From assembly GCA_965277285.1 (NCBI GenBank), contig OZ255721.1, positions 2,624,001 to 2,688,000 on the forward strand: DNA of 64,000 nucleotides, in the 5' to 3' direction. This DNA is from Abditibacteriaceae bacterium. GTDB taxonomy: Bacteria > Armatimonadota > Abditibacteriia > Abditibacteriales > Abditibacteriaceae. Positions 9,353-20,016 of this stretch are shown piece by piece. A model generated the notes under the pieces. The model saw only the letters and a program-made list of their open reading frames with translations. It had not been told where the DNA came from and did no database searches. How positions within the stretch are numbered: position 1 is the first letter of the stretch; every line of letters starts with the position of its first letter. The position numbers and the translations under genes were made by a program.

Positions 9353-10810
9353 TCATTCTAAAATCATGCCTTTGGGGATGATGACAACGCCATCATCGGA
9401 GACCGTGAAGCGATTACGGTCGGCTTCGAGATCATAGCCAATAACGGTACCCGGCGGGATTTTGACGTGCTTGTCAATGATGGCGCGCCGGATTTGGCAA
9501 TGACGCCCAATTTCGACATCATCAAATAAGATGCTATCCTCCACGGACGCCCACGAGTGCAGGAACGAGCGTGGCCCGATGATGCTACGTTCAACACGCG
9601 CTCCGCTCACGATGACACCGGTCGAGAGCAGGGAATTGCTGGCAATGCCTACGCGTCCCGGTTCGTTAAAAACGGTTTTTGCGGGTGGGCCAGGTTGATG
9701 GCGGCGATGCGTTGGCCAGTGGCTGTCATACAAGTTGAAAACTGGTGAGACGCTGACCAAGTCCATGTTAGCTTCGTAATAAGAAGCGATGGTTCCGATG
9801 TCGCGCCAGTAAGGCTCGGGTTTCTTGTTTTCGTCTTCAAACTCGTACGCGAACACACGGTCGCCGCCTTGCACCATCTTGGGGATGATGTTTTTCCCGA
9901 AGTCATGTTCGGTGTCCTGCTTCATATCTTCGATCAGGCGGCGCACCAGAAGGCTGGTGGAGAAGATGTAGACGCCCATTGAGGCGTAACATTGATCGCT
10001 GCTGCCAGGCTTGAGAGGCGGTTCTTTCGATTTTTCGACGAAACCTTTGATGCGTCCGCTTTCATCCGCTTCAGCAACGCCCAGGCGTGTCGCTTCTTCT
10101 CGTGAAACGGCTGTACAACTCATCGTCAAGTCGGCGTTGTGGCTCAAGTGGAAGTCCAACATTTTGCCGTAATCCATCTTGTAGATGTGATCGCCGCCCA
10201 ATATCAGAACATAAGCCGGTTTTTCCTGTTCCAGCATATAAATATTTTGATAGATCGCATCGGCAGTCCCTTGATACCAACGCTTCACGTTGCGTTGCTG
10301 AGGTGGGATAACATCAAGGTACTCGCCCATCACGGGATTGAAGATGTCCCACCCCGCTTTGATGTGGCGCTGCAAGGAATACGACTTGTACTGCGTCATA
10401 ACTTGGATGCGGCGCAAACCGCTGTTGATGCAATTGGAAAGGGCGAAGTCGATGATGCGGTAACTGCCGCCAAAAGGCACGGAAGGTTTGGCACGATCAC
10501 GCGTCAAAGGATAAAGACGTTCGCCTTGACCACCGGCCAAAATCATTACAGTGGTCTGTTGCAAGGCCGATTCCTGACCACGCGCCGACATCCCCATACG
10601 CAATGTCGGTGCATAATTGCCACCGTTGAAAGCGCCATTTTCCTGAGGTGGTAAAGATGGTGCGGATGAGGCATCCGATGTAATATGAGGCTCCTGCGTG
10701 GCAGCACTCGATGGCGACGCCGTTTCCTCGGCCATCACGTGGGTCAATGACGTTGAGTGTCCATTGCTTTCTGAGGGGGAAGTGGTTGACGGCTCATTGC
10801 TTTGGTTCAT
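9353..10810 (-). CDS. glgC: Glucose-1-phosphate adenylyltransferase
   Basis: ILAGGQGERLYPLT.DRAKPSVPFGG, GTADAIYQN, GDHIYKMDY, HDFGKNIIP; start uncertain because of a low-complexity N-terminus. Confidence 0.95.
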   Translation of the reverse strand: MNQSNEPSTTSPSESNGHSTSLTHVMAEETASPSSAATQEPHITSDASSAPSLPPQENGAFNGGNYAPTLRMGMSARGQESALQQTTVMILAGGQGERLYPLTRDRAKPSVPFGGSYRIIDFALSNCINSGLRRIQVMTQYKSYSLQRHIKAGWDIFNPVMGEYLDVIPPQQRNVKRWYQGTADAIYQNIYMLEQEKPAYVLILGGDHIYKMDYGKMLDFHLSHNADLTMSCTAVSREEATRLGVAEADESGRIKGFVEKSKEPPLKPGSSDQCYASMGVYIFSTSLLVRRLIEDMKQDTEHDFGKNIIPKMVQGGDRVFAYEFEDENKKPEPYWRDIGTIASYYEANMDLVSVSPVFNLYDSHWPTHRRHQPGPPAKTVFNEPGRVGIASNSLLSTGVIVSGARVERSIIGPRSFLHSWASVEDSILFDDVEIGRHCQIRRAIIDKHVKIPPGTVIGYDLEADRNRFTVSDDGVVIIPKGMILE

Positions 10811-11024
10811 AGAATCACCGTGGTTTATTTATCCGAAAAACGCGTCGTTCGCTTTGGTCGCAAAACATACGTTGTCGCAAGACTTGTGCGAAGATCGAGT
10901 ACTCGATGCGTCGTGATATGACAGTACAATTAGCGATTTAAGTTCAGGAAGTGCCTTTGCCGAAAGGACATTTGGGAAACGGCTCAGGACGCGATAGCTT
11001 ACGCTATTTGCAGCGATGGAAAGA

Positions 11025-11402
11025 TCAGGCGCTTTGCGCGCGTTCAGCCAACAATCGCTTGACGGTTTGCTTCAGTTCGCTCAAATCGGAGCTTTTCACG
11101 ACGTAGGCGTCCGCGGACCAAGAGGAAAAAGAATCTTTGTAGGAAGGGTAAGCGCTGTTGATGATCACGGGAATGTGACTGTCGTGTTCCATCATCTGGC
11201 TGAGAGCGTCCAAACCGTCCATGACGGGCATATTGATGTCCATGACGACGAGATCGGGCGAATGCTCTTGCACGGCCTTGAGAGCGGCGCGTCCATCTTC
11301 CGCCGTGACGACGCGATAACCTTCCTCAATCAATTCTTCTTCGTACAAAGTACGCTGATGTAAATCGTCTTCGACTACCAAAATAGTGTGCTGGCTCATC
11401 AT
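11025..11402 (-). CDS. Single-domain response regulator (receiver)
   Basis: ILVVEDD, PDLVVMDINMPVMDG, ADAYVVK; AAGGAG SD upstream. Confidence 0.9.
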   Translation of the reverse strand: MMSQHTILVVEDDLHQRTLYEEELIEEGYRVVTAEDGRAALKAVQEHSPDLVVMDINMPVMDGLDALSQMMEHDSHIPVIINSAYPSYKDSFSSWSADAYVVKSSDLSELKQTVKRLLAERAQSA

Positions 11403-11831
11403 GCAACTCCTTTTAAACTTCACAAGCACTTGCGGCCTGTCAATCACGCCTGGGTCGAACGAAATACCAACGAGGGCTCGATGCACCAAACAAAGTACAA
11501 GAGCGATGGTGTACAAGCAAATGCGAGAAACCCGATGTCGATGAGAGGAACGCAATAACTTAGAGCAATTTTCGTGACTATGTCTTCCTAAATACCCCTA
11601 AAAACAGGACTTGACCGAGACTTTCTATTTGTCAGGATTGCTTCTCATTGTAGCACGACTTGAGAAAAAATAAAGTCTTCGCAAAAAATGGCAAAACGGT
11701 TTGGAGCAGCAATCATCAAAACCTGAAACCTGAGCCAAATAACCTGTTCAACCGCGTCTTCGTTCCCGCCAGATACTGCTAACGGCAACGCTTTGCAACA
11801 TCGAGTACTCGATGTTGCAATTACTTTTCAT

Positions 11832-14800
11832 TTAAGCCGCAGCGCCTGCATCAGCGCCGTCAGCCACGCTTTCGGCGGCAGAACTTTCGACGGCAGAACT
11901 TTCAGAGTTGGCCAAACGCAAGGGCAGCGAAATGACAAAGGTGGTGCCTTGATTAGGGGTTGTGTCCTGGTTAGCGGTGGTACCTTGGTTGGTGGTTGTG
12001 CCTTGATTGGCGCCTGAAAACACATTGATATCGCCGCCATGATCGCGGATGATGCGGAGCGTTACGGCGAGTCCCAAACCAGAGCCGCGGATTTTGGTGG
12101 AAAAGAATGGATCGAAAATCTGCTTCAGGGCGCGTTCTGGAATACCGACGCCAGTATCGCGCACTTCGATTTCGATTACGGATTTTTCATTTTTCTCCGC
12201 GATGCGCGTGGCGATAAACATTAGGCCGCCGTCGGGCATGGCCTGCGCGCCATTGCGCATGGTGTTCAGCAAAGCTTGCAACAAGCGGCGTCGATCCACC
12301 AGAATGTTTGGCAAATCGGGCGTGAGTTCCTTTTTAACATCGACACCAGCGGCGGCGATATCGGCACCCGCCAACAAAAGCGCGTGTTCGACAATGTCGT
12401 TGATGCTGTGTGGCTGCAGATCGAGTTCACGAGGACGCGCCATGTCGAGCAAATCGGTCAGAAGTTCTTCCAAGCGCTCAACTTCTTCCACGATGATGCC
12501 GGTTTTTTTCTGCACGTTGTCGCCGTCGTTGACGTTCCTCAAGATGCTGCGCGCAAAGCCGCCAATAGTCGCCAGAGGATTGCGAATTTCATGCGATACG
12601 CGCGCCGCCATTTCGCCGACCACGACCAATCGTTCGGCGGAAATCAGTTCTTTTTGCGCTTTTTGCAAAGCCTGATAAGTAAGGGCATTATCCACGGTCA
12701 GTCCAGCTTGCTGGGCGACGGTATCGAGAAGGCGCAGATCGTCTTCTTGCATGGGCGCCATCGAATACATATAATCGGCCAATACGACGCCAACGACGCG
12801 ATCTTTGGCGACCAGTGGCGCAATGGCGGTTTCAGGTGCCGACAGTAAATCGATCAAAACCCGCGATTGCGGTGGCATTTCGCACGATTCGTCGTGTACC
12901 ACTAACTCCTGGCGCGTTGCGAAAAGAGCGCGCCTTTCATAAATCGCCTTTTTCAGAGGACGAATACACGATTGGTGTAAATCAATGGTGACATCCAGCG
13001 CCTGTTGCTGCAACAACGTGGGGTGCATCACATCGAAAGCAGTTTCATCAGCCAATATTTCCTGCAAGCTCATATCGCGCTGGCCCATATCGCTCCAAAT
13101 CTGGGCAGCTTCTTCCGCTGATGACGGGCCGAGCGCCATCGCGCACCGCAATTTTTCGCTGTCTTCATCGAAGAGCATCAAAAAAGCGCGGTTGAAGCCC
13201 AATGCCGGACCCGCCGTGATGCACGTCAAGACCGTATGCAATACGCGATTGATGTCGAGCGAAGCTTGAAAAAGTCGCCCCATCTCGTTCATCAATTGTA
13301 GTTGTTGCGTTTGGCGCCAGCGCTGCGTCAGGTTGATTAGCAACACGACGACGCGCGCGCGTCCGCGAAAGTAAACGCGCGACAAGCGCAAGTCGAAAAC
13401 CTGCTCGATTTCGTGTGTTTCGTCGGTGCGCACCCAAACGTGCACCTCGGCGATTTCGCGCGGTTGGCCATCACGCGTCACATCGCGTAATACCTCGCGC
13501 AACTCATGTTTTTCGCAGGTTTGCTCGCCCAACACATCGGTTATTTTGCGTCCCAGAAGAGTACCGCGCGTTTGATGCCAGGTGCGCAGAAGACGTTCGT
13601 TAACCAACTCGATTTCGCCTTCGCTACTGACCACCATCAACGAATGCGACATGGTGCCGACCACGGTTTCGTTGAACTCTTTCAGCTCGCTCATTTCATG
13701 GAACATCCGGCTCGATTGGATGTGCGAGGAAACGATCAGCGACGCGGTTTGCAAGGCGACGGCATCGCGCGGATCAAAAGAATTGGCGCGCTCGCTTTGT
13801 ACTTGTAAAACGCCGATGGTGCGGCCTTCAATTTTAATCGGGACGTAAATCTCAGCGCCGGTATCACGAAAAGCGCCAGGGAATCGAGTACTCGTTCGTC
13901 CCGCCGCGGCATCGTTTTGAAAATGCAGGGCGCCGCGATAAAACGCTTGATGCAGCGGCGTACCGCTTTCGACGCGCACCAGAGCGCCCGGCGAAGATGC
14001 CAATCCATGTCCACCGGTTTGCGCGACAACCACCAGGTAATCACAACGTTCCGCCGAAGACGCATCTGTCGACGCATTGCTGGCGTTGTTTTGAAAACCA
14101 GGTGTCGCATCGAGCACGGAATGCGCGGACGAGGCAAGGAGGGCGCGCGGCGAATCGCGGAATAAGAGAACCGAGACATCACAATGCCGAAAATGGCTTT
14201 GGATGGCGCCCGTCACCTGATACAGAAAATCGTTGATGTCGCGCGTGGCCAGAGCGCATTGCTGCACGTCGTTAATAAGCGCGAGGTGCTGCGCGCGACT
14301 TTGTTCTTGCAAAAACAAGGTGCGATAACGCTCTTCGCTTTGCGACAGTTCACGCGTGCGCGAGGCGACGCGATCTTCCAATTGCTCGGCGTAGTTTTGT
14401 AGCTCGCGCTGCATTTGGCGAAGCTGCGTCACATCGCGGATGATGACTTGCGCGACCGGCAAACCGTCTACATTCACCCAGTTGCAGGAAAGCGAAATCG
14501 GCACCAGCAAGCCATCGTCGCGGCGCACCGCCATTTCTTCCAGGCGGATATTGGACGAGCCGCCGGGCTGTGAAACCAGCCATGTCGCTTGCTCGCGGTG
14601 CGCGTGGTCAAACAGTTCGGGAAACGGAATGCCGAAAAGTTCGCTGCGCGGCTTGCCCATCAAGCGTTCGGCCTGCGCATTGACTTCGACGATACGGCCT
14701 TCGCCGGGCCGAAAGGAGATAATCGCTTCGGAGGCGTTCTCGAACAGCGAAAAGTATTTGGTTTCCGACGCGCTCCACTGACGGTCGCGCGCCGATTGAT

Positions 14801-15215
14801 AGCCTTCGCTGAAAGCCAATTCAAAAGCCGCCGATTGCGATTCGATAATGTCGGTCATGCGTTGAACCAAAGACGGATCGTCCGCGAAATGTCGGGCGAT
14901 CATTTTCGTTTGTATCTGGCGATGCAAAGCCGCCACGCGCATCATGGAAGTCACATGAACGCGCGGACGCACGCGCGACAAAGCACGATGCCGCGCATAT
15001 TGAAAACATCGCTCGTCGGATGCGTTGGCGATGTTGTCCATCAACAAGCCCAAAAGCGAAGTCACGGCTTGCTGAAATTCGTGCGTTTGAGCCAGTTCGT
15101 GAAGTTCTTCCAAGTCGGGCGACTCGGCGATGAGCGCCAACAAGCGTCGCACAACGTTGTCCTGACGTTTGCGCAAATAACTGGCAAGAAGTTCACGTAC
15201 CGGCGGCTGTCGCAT
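11832..15215 (-). CDS. PAS/GAF multi-sensor histidine kinase
   Basis: PAS (LFENASEAI), GAF domains, H-box VSHEIRNPL, N/G boxes (DTGVGI, FDPFFSTK, GSGLGL). Confidence 0.92.
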   Translation of the reverse strand: MRQPPVRELLASYLRKRQDNVVRRLLALIAESPDLEELHELAQTHEFQQAVTSLLGLLMDNIANASDERCFQYARHRALSRVRPRVHVTSMMRVAALHRQIQTKMIARHFADDPSLVQRMTDIIESQSAAFELAFSEGYQSARDRQWSASETKYFSLFENASEAIISFRPGEGRIVEVNAQAERLMGKPRSELFGIPFPELFDHAHREQATWLVSQPGGSSNIRLEEMAVRRDDGLLVPISLSCNWVNVDGLPVAQVIIRDVTQLRQMQRELQNYAEQLEDRVASRTRELSQSEERYRTLFLQEQSRAQHLALINDVQQCALATRDINDFLYQVTGAIQSHFRHCDVSVLLFRDSPRALLASSAHSVLDATPGFQNNASNASTDASSAERCDYLVVVAQTGGHGLASSPGALVRVESGTPLHQAFYRGALHFQNDAAAGRTSTRFPGAFRDTGAEIYVPIKIEGRTIGVLQVQSERANSFDPRDAVALQTASLIVSSHIQSSRMFHEMSELKEFNETVVGTMSHSLMVVSSEGEIELVNERLLRTWHQTRGTLLGRKITDVLGEQTCEKHELREVLRDVTRDGQPREIAEVHVWVRTDETHEIEQVFDLRLSRVYFRGRARVVVLLINLTQRWRQTQQLQLMNEMGRLFQASLDINRVLHTVLTCITAGPALGFNRAFLMLFDEDSEKLRCAMALGPSSAEEAAQIWSDMGQRDMSLQEILADETAFDVMHPTLLQQQALDVTIDLHQSCIRPLKKAIYERRALFATRQELVVHDESCEMPPQSRVLIDLLSAPETAIAPLVAKDRVVGVVLADYMYSMAPMQEDDLRLLDTVAQQAGLTVDNALTYQALQKAQKELISAERLVVVGEMAARVSHEIRNPLATIGGFARSILRNVNDGDNVQKKTGIIVEEVERLEELLTDLLDMARPRELDLQPHSINDIVEHALLLAGADIAAAGVDVKKELTPDLPNILVDRRRLLQALLNTMRNGAQAMPDGGLMFIATRIAEKNEKSVIEIEVRDTGVGIPERALKQIFDPFFSTKIRGSGLGLAVTLRIIRDHGGDINVFSGANQGTTTNQGTTANQDTTPNQGTTFVISLPLRLANSESSAVESSAAESVADGADAGAAA

Positions 15216-15233
15216 AAAAAGGGATGAGGGATG

Positions 15234-15296
15234 AGGTGTCAGGGATGAAGAATCGAGTACTCGAAAGTCGTTACTCGTCCCTCATCCCTGACACCT
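15234..15296. repeat. Inverted repeat of GGGATGA-rich arms enclosing a palindrome copy
   Basis: AGGTGTCAGGGATGA...TCATCCCTGACACCT; a related GGATGA/TCATCC tract lies at ~35211-35290. Confidence 0.7.
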
Positions 15297-15307
15297 TGTT
15301 CCTGCTG

Positions 15308-16336
15308 TTAAATCGCTTCGCGCAAGTATTCGGTGGCGCTTTCGGGAGAAATCGGGTTGATGTAGAACCCTGTTCCCCACTCGAAACCGGCGACTTTGGT
15401 CAGGCGCGGCAAGATATCGATGCGCCAGTGAAATGACTGCGGAATCGTGCTCCAAGATTCGTCCTGCGATGCGCGCGGCGCGGCGTGCGGCGCCGTTTGC
15501 ACAATCATATTATACGCCGGATTACCCAACGCTTCGTTAATTCTCTTCAGACTGCGCGGCAATACTTCGCTCAGCGCCGTGATTTCTTCGGGCGTCATCA
15601 GCGTGAAATCGTGGCTGTGGCGGCGCGGATAAATCTGCAACTCGAAGGGGAAACGCGCTGCGTAAGGACTTAAAACGACGAAATGTTCATTTTCTTCCAC
15701 CACGCGATCTTTCATCGAGATTTCCTGGCGAATGATGTCGCAGAAAACGCAGCGCTCTTTTTGCGAAAAGTAGTTATACGAAGCGTCTACGGTTTCCTTG
15801 ATTTGCGCAGGAATCACCGGCACCGAAATAATCTGAGAGTGCGGATGCGCCAGGCTCGCGCCCGCCGCAATTCCCGCATTACGAAAGACCAACGTGTGCA
15901 AAAAGCGCGGGTCTTGACGCAAGGCGTTCATGCGCTCGATGTAGACATCAATGATGTCGCGCGCTTCTTCGGGTTTAGCGTCGGCGAAGTCCCATTCCAA
16001 TTCGGGGCTTTCGATGACGACTTCGTGCGCGCCAATGCCGTTCATTTTGTCGAACATTCCCAAACCCTGGCGGTCGAGTTCGCCTTCTTGAGTGAGAGCG
16101 GGAAATTTATTGGAGACGACGCGCACTTTCCAGCCCGGTGAATTGGCGGGCGCATCTGCAGCGCGGCCTCGTTGCGCGAGTTCGGGCGGCGTTTTGTCTT
16201 CGTTGCCGGGCGCAAACGGATCGAAACCGCTGGGCGGCGGCTCGGCTTCAGAAAAAAAGTCGTTGGGACGGCGGCTGCGTTCGGCAGCAATAATCACCCA
16301 GCGGTCGATCACCGGGTCTTTGCGAAGTTCGGGCAT
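15308..16336 (-). CDS. galT: Galactose-1-phosphate uridylyltransferase family protein
   Basis: MPELRKDPV..RWVIIA.ER..RP, NKFPAL, GAHEVVIE, GASLAHPHSQI. Confidence 0.92.
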   Translation of the reverse strand: MPELRKDPVIDRWVIIAAERSRRPNDFFSEAEPPPSGFDPFAPGNEDKTPPELAQRGRAADAPANSPGWKVRVVSNKFPALTQEGELDRQGLGMFDKMNGIGAHEVVIESPELEWDFADAKPEEARDIIDVYIERMNALRQDPRFLHTLVFRNAGIAAGASLAHPHSQIISVPVIPAQIKETVDASYNYFSQKERCVFCDIIRQEISMKDRVVEENEHFVVLSPYAARFPFELQIYPRRHSHDFTLMTPEEITALSEVLPRSLKRINEALGNPAYNMIVQTAPHAAPRASQDESWSTIPQSFHWRIDILPRLTKVAGFEWGTGFYINPISPESATEYLREAI

Positions 16337-16559
16337 GAAAGATTTCCTCTGAATATGTAATCTGCGAAATATGTAATCTGCGAATCGAGTACTCGATTCA
16401 TCTTCTGATGCCTTGTACTTTACCAAGACCATGTGGAAGCTGCGTTACAAAACAGCGACAGGAGAAAAGGGATGAATATTCGCGTAACGACAATGCACGC
16501 GCCTCTTGCGATACCTCCACATTTTCAAAATGCGCGACTATTCATTCCTTATCCTTTGC

Positions 16560-19322
16560 TCAGCGCCGCCCATGCAGCCTGCAATAGCGTTTGGGCACAT
16601 CGGCAGGCGCGAAAAAGCGCTCCACCGTGACGGGACAATTGGGCGTGGCAAGGTCGCCCGAATCGGCGCAAACGCGCACCAGAACTTCGTTACCGCTGTC
16701 GCTTTCATCGGCAGATGCAACATCGGGCGACGGGTTCGCAGCGCGATTCGAGTACTCGTTATTGGCGTTGGCAGATACGCGAAGCGCCGTGGCGCGGCGC
16801 TGACCATTGAAAGATGTGTTCTGATTGCGCGCCGTCGTGCCATCAGAACTACCGGCATTGTTAGTTGTGCTGCCGTCGGAGTTAATCGTTCCATCAGAAG
16901 GCGGTGCGTAGTTGTCGGTTTGCGTGTCGCTGCCACCGGCGTTGCTGTCGTTGTTATCGCCGCCGGTACCATCAGGGTTGGTTTGCCGAGCCTGCGCATT
17001 GGAGCGCGCCGTCGCATCTGTTTCGCTGGAAGTATCGCCAGTGTTGTCTTTGTTGTAGCCCAGGTCGCCAGGTTGAGGCGCACCCGCATTACCCTGCATT
17101 TGCTGCGTGCGCTGAACGTGTTCGGGAATGTCGCAGACCTGAGTTGGAATGTCACTCGCCGTCGAAAACTGTTCGGTGTGCGTATGTGGGCAACCTTTGA
17201 GGGCAAGCATGCCGCTTTCGTCGCAAATACGGCGCGTTACAAACTTCTTGGTTTGCTCGGCGCTTTTGCGCGCCAGACTGGTCGCACGCGCATCTTCGAT
17301 CATCGACGCGACGATGTTGCGACGATGCCAGACGTCGAGCGCTGGCACCATGAAAGAACGCCACAACGGTGCGCTCCATTTGCCGCCGGACGAGCCATAC
17401 AATTCGCTGGGACGGTCGTAGCCGATCCACACGCCGCACGCCAGTTGACGCGTGGCGCCCATGAACCATACGTCTTTATTGTCGCTGGTGGTGCCGGTTT
17501 TACCGATCACATCGGCGCCTTCGATTTGCGCGGCCGTTCCAGTTCCGTTCGTTACGACATAGCGCAGCATTTGCCACATTTTGTCGCCCGCTTCCTGGCT
17601 CAAAACGCGCGCGCCGCGTACCGGTTTTTCTGTTTCGATGAGCGTTTCTCCGTCCGGTCCGTCAACGTGATCAATCGGCGTTTCTTCGGCGCGCAGGCCG
17701 CGCGTGGCGAACACACCAAAGGCGGAAGTGTTTTCCAGCAAGGAAATATCGCTGGTTCCCAACGCCAAACTCGGATAAGGAACCAGCGCCGATTCGATGC
17801 CCATCAGGTGCGCTTTTTCGATGACGTTAGGTATGCCGACTTTGAGCAGAACGCGCGTTGCGGCCACGTTATCGGAAATGCCAACGGCTTTGTAAAACGG
17901 AATGGGGCCACGATGCTGAAAATCGTAGTTCTTGACTTCGTGACCGCCGGATTTCACTTCTTCCACGCCGCGAACATGAAGCGGCGAATCGATGACAATC
18001 GAGTTCGGTGTATAGCCTTGTTCCATCGCGGTCGCGTAAACATAAGGTTTGAAGGTTGAACCACTTTGTCGCTTGGCCTGCACCGCGCGATTGTATTGCC
18101 CGTTCAAGGCCGTATCATAATAATCGCGTCCGCCAACCATAGCGAGTACGCCACCTGTCCATGGATCGATGCAAACCAATGCCGCCTGCAACTTGCGCCC
18201 GCCGCCCAAATCATCCAAACGACGGCGCACCGATTCTTCCGCCGCTTTTTCCATTTGCGGATCGAGCGTCGTGTAAATATTGAGCGCCGCGTTATCCAGA
18301 TATTCATCGGAATAATTGTATTTCTTTTGCAGAAATTGCCGGACGTAGGACACGAAGTAAGGCGCAATCCAGTGCTCTTTGGTGCGACGCGTGGCTAGAA
18401 AACGTTCGTGCGAACGCGCGATTTCGCTTTCAATCGAGGTATCGTTTTTCGCCTGAAGGTATTGCGTGTAATTGATTTTTTGGTTCTGCAACATTTCGTG
18501 CAGCACCAAACCCTGGCGCTTTTTGGCACGGTCGAAGTGCTCGAACGGGTTGAGAAAAGTGGGAGATTGTGGCAATCCAGCCATCAGCGCAGCTTCGGCG
18601 ATGCTGAGGTCAGCAGCAGATTTGTTGAAATACGTGTAAGCGGCGGCTTCGCAACCATTGGCGCGATTGCCGTAATAAATCTCGTTGAGATACATTTCCA
18701 AAATCTCGTCTTTGGAAAAGCGGCGCTCCAGTTGTAGGGCGAGCAGGGCGGTTTGCAAGCGGCGCGAAAACTTCTTGTTGCGCTTGAGGTAAATGTTGAC
18801 GGCGAGCTGTTCGGTAATCGTCGAGCCGCCTTGAACGGCAGCGCCAGCGCGGAAGTTGGCCAATGCCGCGCCCGCGATACGCTTGATGTCCATGCCAGGA
18901 TGCGAATAAAAACGCGCGTCTTCAATCGATAACGTGGCGTCGATCAAGCGCCCCGCGACCTGGACATCTTTGCCGCCGATTTTGCGCGTGATTTTCAGGT
19001 TTTCAATTGGCATCCAGCGGCGCGCTTCGCCTTTGAATTCGGCTAAAAGAATGCGCTTCCCCGTGTTCACGTCGGGCGCCGACCAGATTTTGGTCGAGCC
19101 GGTTTTGGCGCGCTGACTCATCAAGTTGATGTCGGGCACAGTCGCCGAAAGCTGATCGTAAATGCCTTTGCCGATGGCGAGCGTGACCACAATCGCGCAA
19201 AACACGACGAGTTGCAGCGCGATAAAAACCATCTTCAGATACCACCAGAATGAGTGAGGGTATCGCTTTTTCGGGACGGACGAACGCACGGAAGGTTGAA
19301 CAGAGGACGCGGTGTTTGCCAT
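16560..19322 (-). CDS. Class A penicillin-binding protein (PBP1A family)
   Basis: TM anchor; transglycosylase EDARFYSH, GGSTITEQL; transpeptidase STFK, SDN, KTGT. Confidence 0.93.
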   Translation of the reverse strand: MANTASSVQPSVRSSVPKKRYPHSFWWYLKMVFIALQLVVFCAIVVTLAIGKGIYDQLSATVPDINLMSQRAKTGSTKIWSAPDVNTGKRILLAEFKGEARRWMPIENLKITRKIGGKDVQVAGRLIDATLSIEDARFYSHPGMDIKRIAGAALANFRAGAAVQGGSTITEQLAVNIYLKRNKKFSRRLQTALLALQLERRFSKDEILEMYLNEIYYGNRANGCEAAAYTYFNKSAADLSIAEAALMAGLPQSPTFLNPFEHFDRAKKRQGLVLHEMLQNQKINYTQYLQAKNDTSIESEIARSHERFLATRRTKEHWIAPYFVSYVRQFLQKKYNYSDEYLDNAALNIYTTLDPQMEKAAEESVRRRLDDLGGGRKLQAALVCIDPWTGGVLAMVGGRDYYDTALNGQYNRAVQAKRQSGSTFKPYVYATAMEQGYTPNSIVIDSPLHVRGVEEVKSGGHEVKNYDFQHRGPIPFYKAVGISDNVAATRVLLKVGIPNVIEKAHLMGIESALVPYPSLALGTSDISLLENTSAFGVFATRGLRAEETPIDHVDGPDGETLIETEKPVRGARVLSQEAGDKMWQMLRYVVTNGTGTAAQIEGADVIGKTGTTSDNKDVWFMGATRQLACGVWIGYDRPSELYGSSGGKWSAPLWRSFMVPALDVWHRRNIVASMIEDARATSLARKSAEQTKKFVTRRICDESGMLALKGCPHTHTEQFSTASDIPTQVCDIPEHVQRTQQMQGNAGAPQPGDLGYNKDNTGDTSSETDATARSNAQARQTNPDGTGGDNNDSNAGGSDTQTDNYAPPSDGTINSDGSTTNNAGSSDGTTARNQNTSFNGQRRATALRVSANANNEYSNRAANPSPDVASADESDSGNEVLVRVCADSGDLATPNCPVTVERFFAPADVPKRYCRLHGRR

Positions 19323-19424
19323 AGAAATCTCCGCGCTTAATTATACGAAAGCCCGCGCTCCTCCAAGTTGAAAGCAGCTTGAATCGAGTACTCGAACGCT
19401 TGGAAATTCGGTGGAAAATAAACG

Positions 19425-19946
19425 CTATCGGAACTTGCGACGGCTGGCTTTCCGCAGCTTGCGCCACGCTTCCTGTCGCTCGTGCAAACCTCTGTCATAC
19501 CATCCCCAACGCGTATTTTCGCCGTTGGGAACGCTTTCGCAGTAAGCCAGTAGCAACGCCGCCCGCCGCCACGTCATGGCATCTCCGTGTCCTTCAAGTT
19601 GCACCAACTTCTTGCGCAACGGTTCTTCGCAACCGATGAAGCTGATGAAGCGACACATCGGGAAAAACTCGCGCGTCAAGCGTCTTTGAACATAAAGCAG
19701 CGCGACTTTGCGCAAGCGCGCTTTGTGCGTCTCGGTTAAAGTGACATGGCGCAGACGACGCCACAGTTTCTCTTTGACGTAGCCTGTGCCATAAATGTAC
19801 TCATCGCGTTCAAGAAATTGAATGCTGCGCTCAACAGCCGTTGCATCGCTGCTTTTCAGATGCGCCACCATAGCGTCAGCTTCCGCAAATGCCTCGCGTC
19901 CCAATCCCGAATCGTAATTCGCCGGTTTTTCCAGAGAAGATGACAT
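19425..19946 (-). CDS. Hypothetical protein
   Basis: ORF co-directional between proS and the PBP gene; no recognised motif. Confidence 0.6.
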   Translation of the reverse strand: MSSSLEKPANYDSGLGREAFAEADAMVAHLKSSDATAVERSIQFLERDEYIYGTGYVKEKLWRRLRHVTLTETHKARLRKVALLYVQRRLTREFFPMCRFISFIGCEEPLRKKLVQLEGHGDAMTWRRAALLLAYCESVPNGENTRWGWYDRGLHERQEAWRKLRKASRRKFR

Positions 19947-19966
19947 TCCAGTACTCGAAATGTGAC

Positions 19967-19994
19967 GTAGGGACGCATTGCAATGCGCCCCTAC
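19967..19994. repeat. 28-bp GTAG/GTAC-type REP-like palindrome
   Basis: GTAGGGACGCATTGCAATGCGCCCCTAC. Confidence 0.75.
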
Positions 19995-20016
19995 GAAATA
20001 CGCACCCGCCACTTTC

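Noticed and set aside
10940..11010. Possible c-di-GMP riboswitch (GAAA, GGACGC words) near glgC
   Set aside because: On the wrong strand for glgC and lacks the full consensus.
16506..18059. 517-aa plus-strand ORF
   Set aside because: Antisense shadow of the PBP1A gene with no motif of its own.
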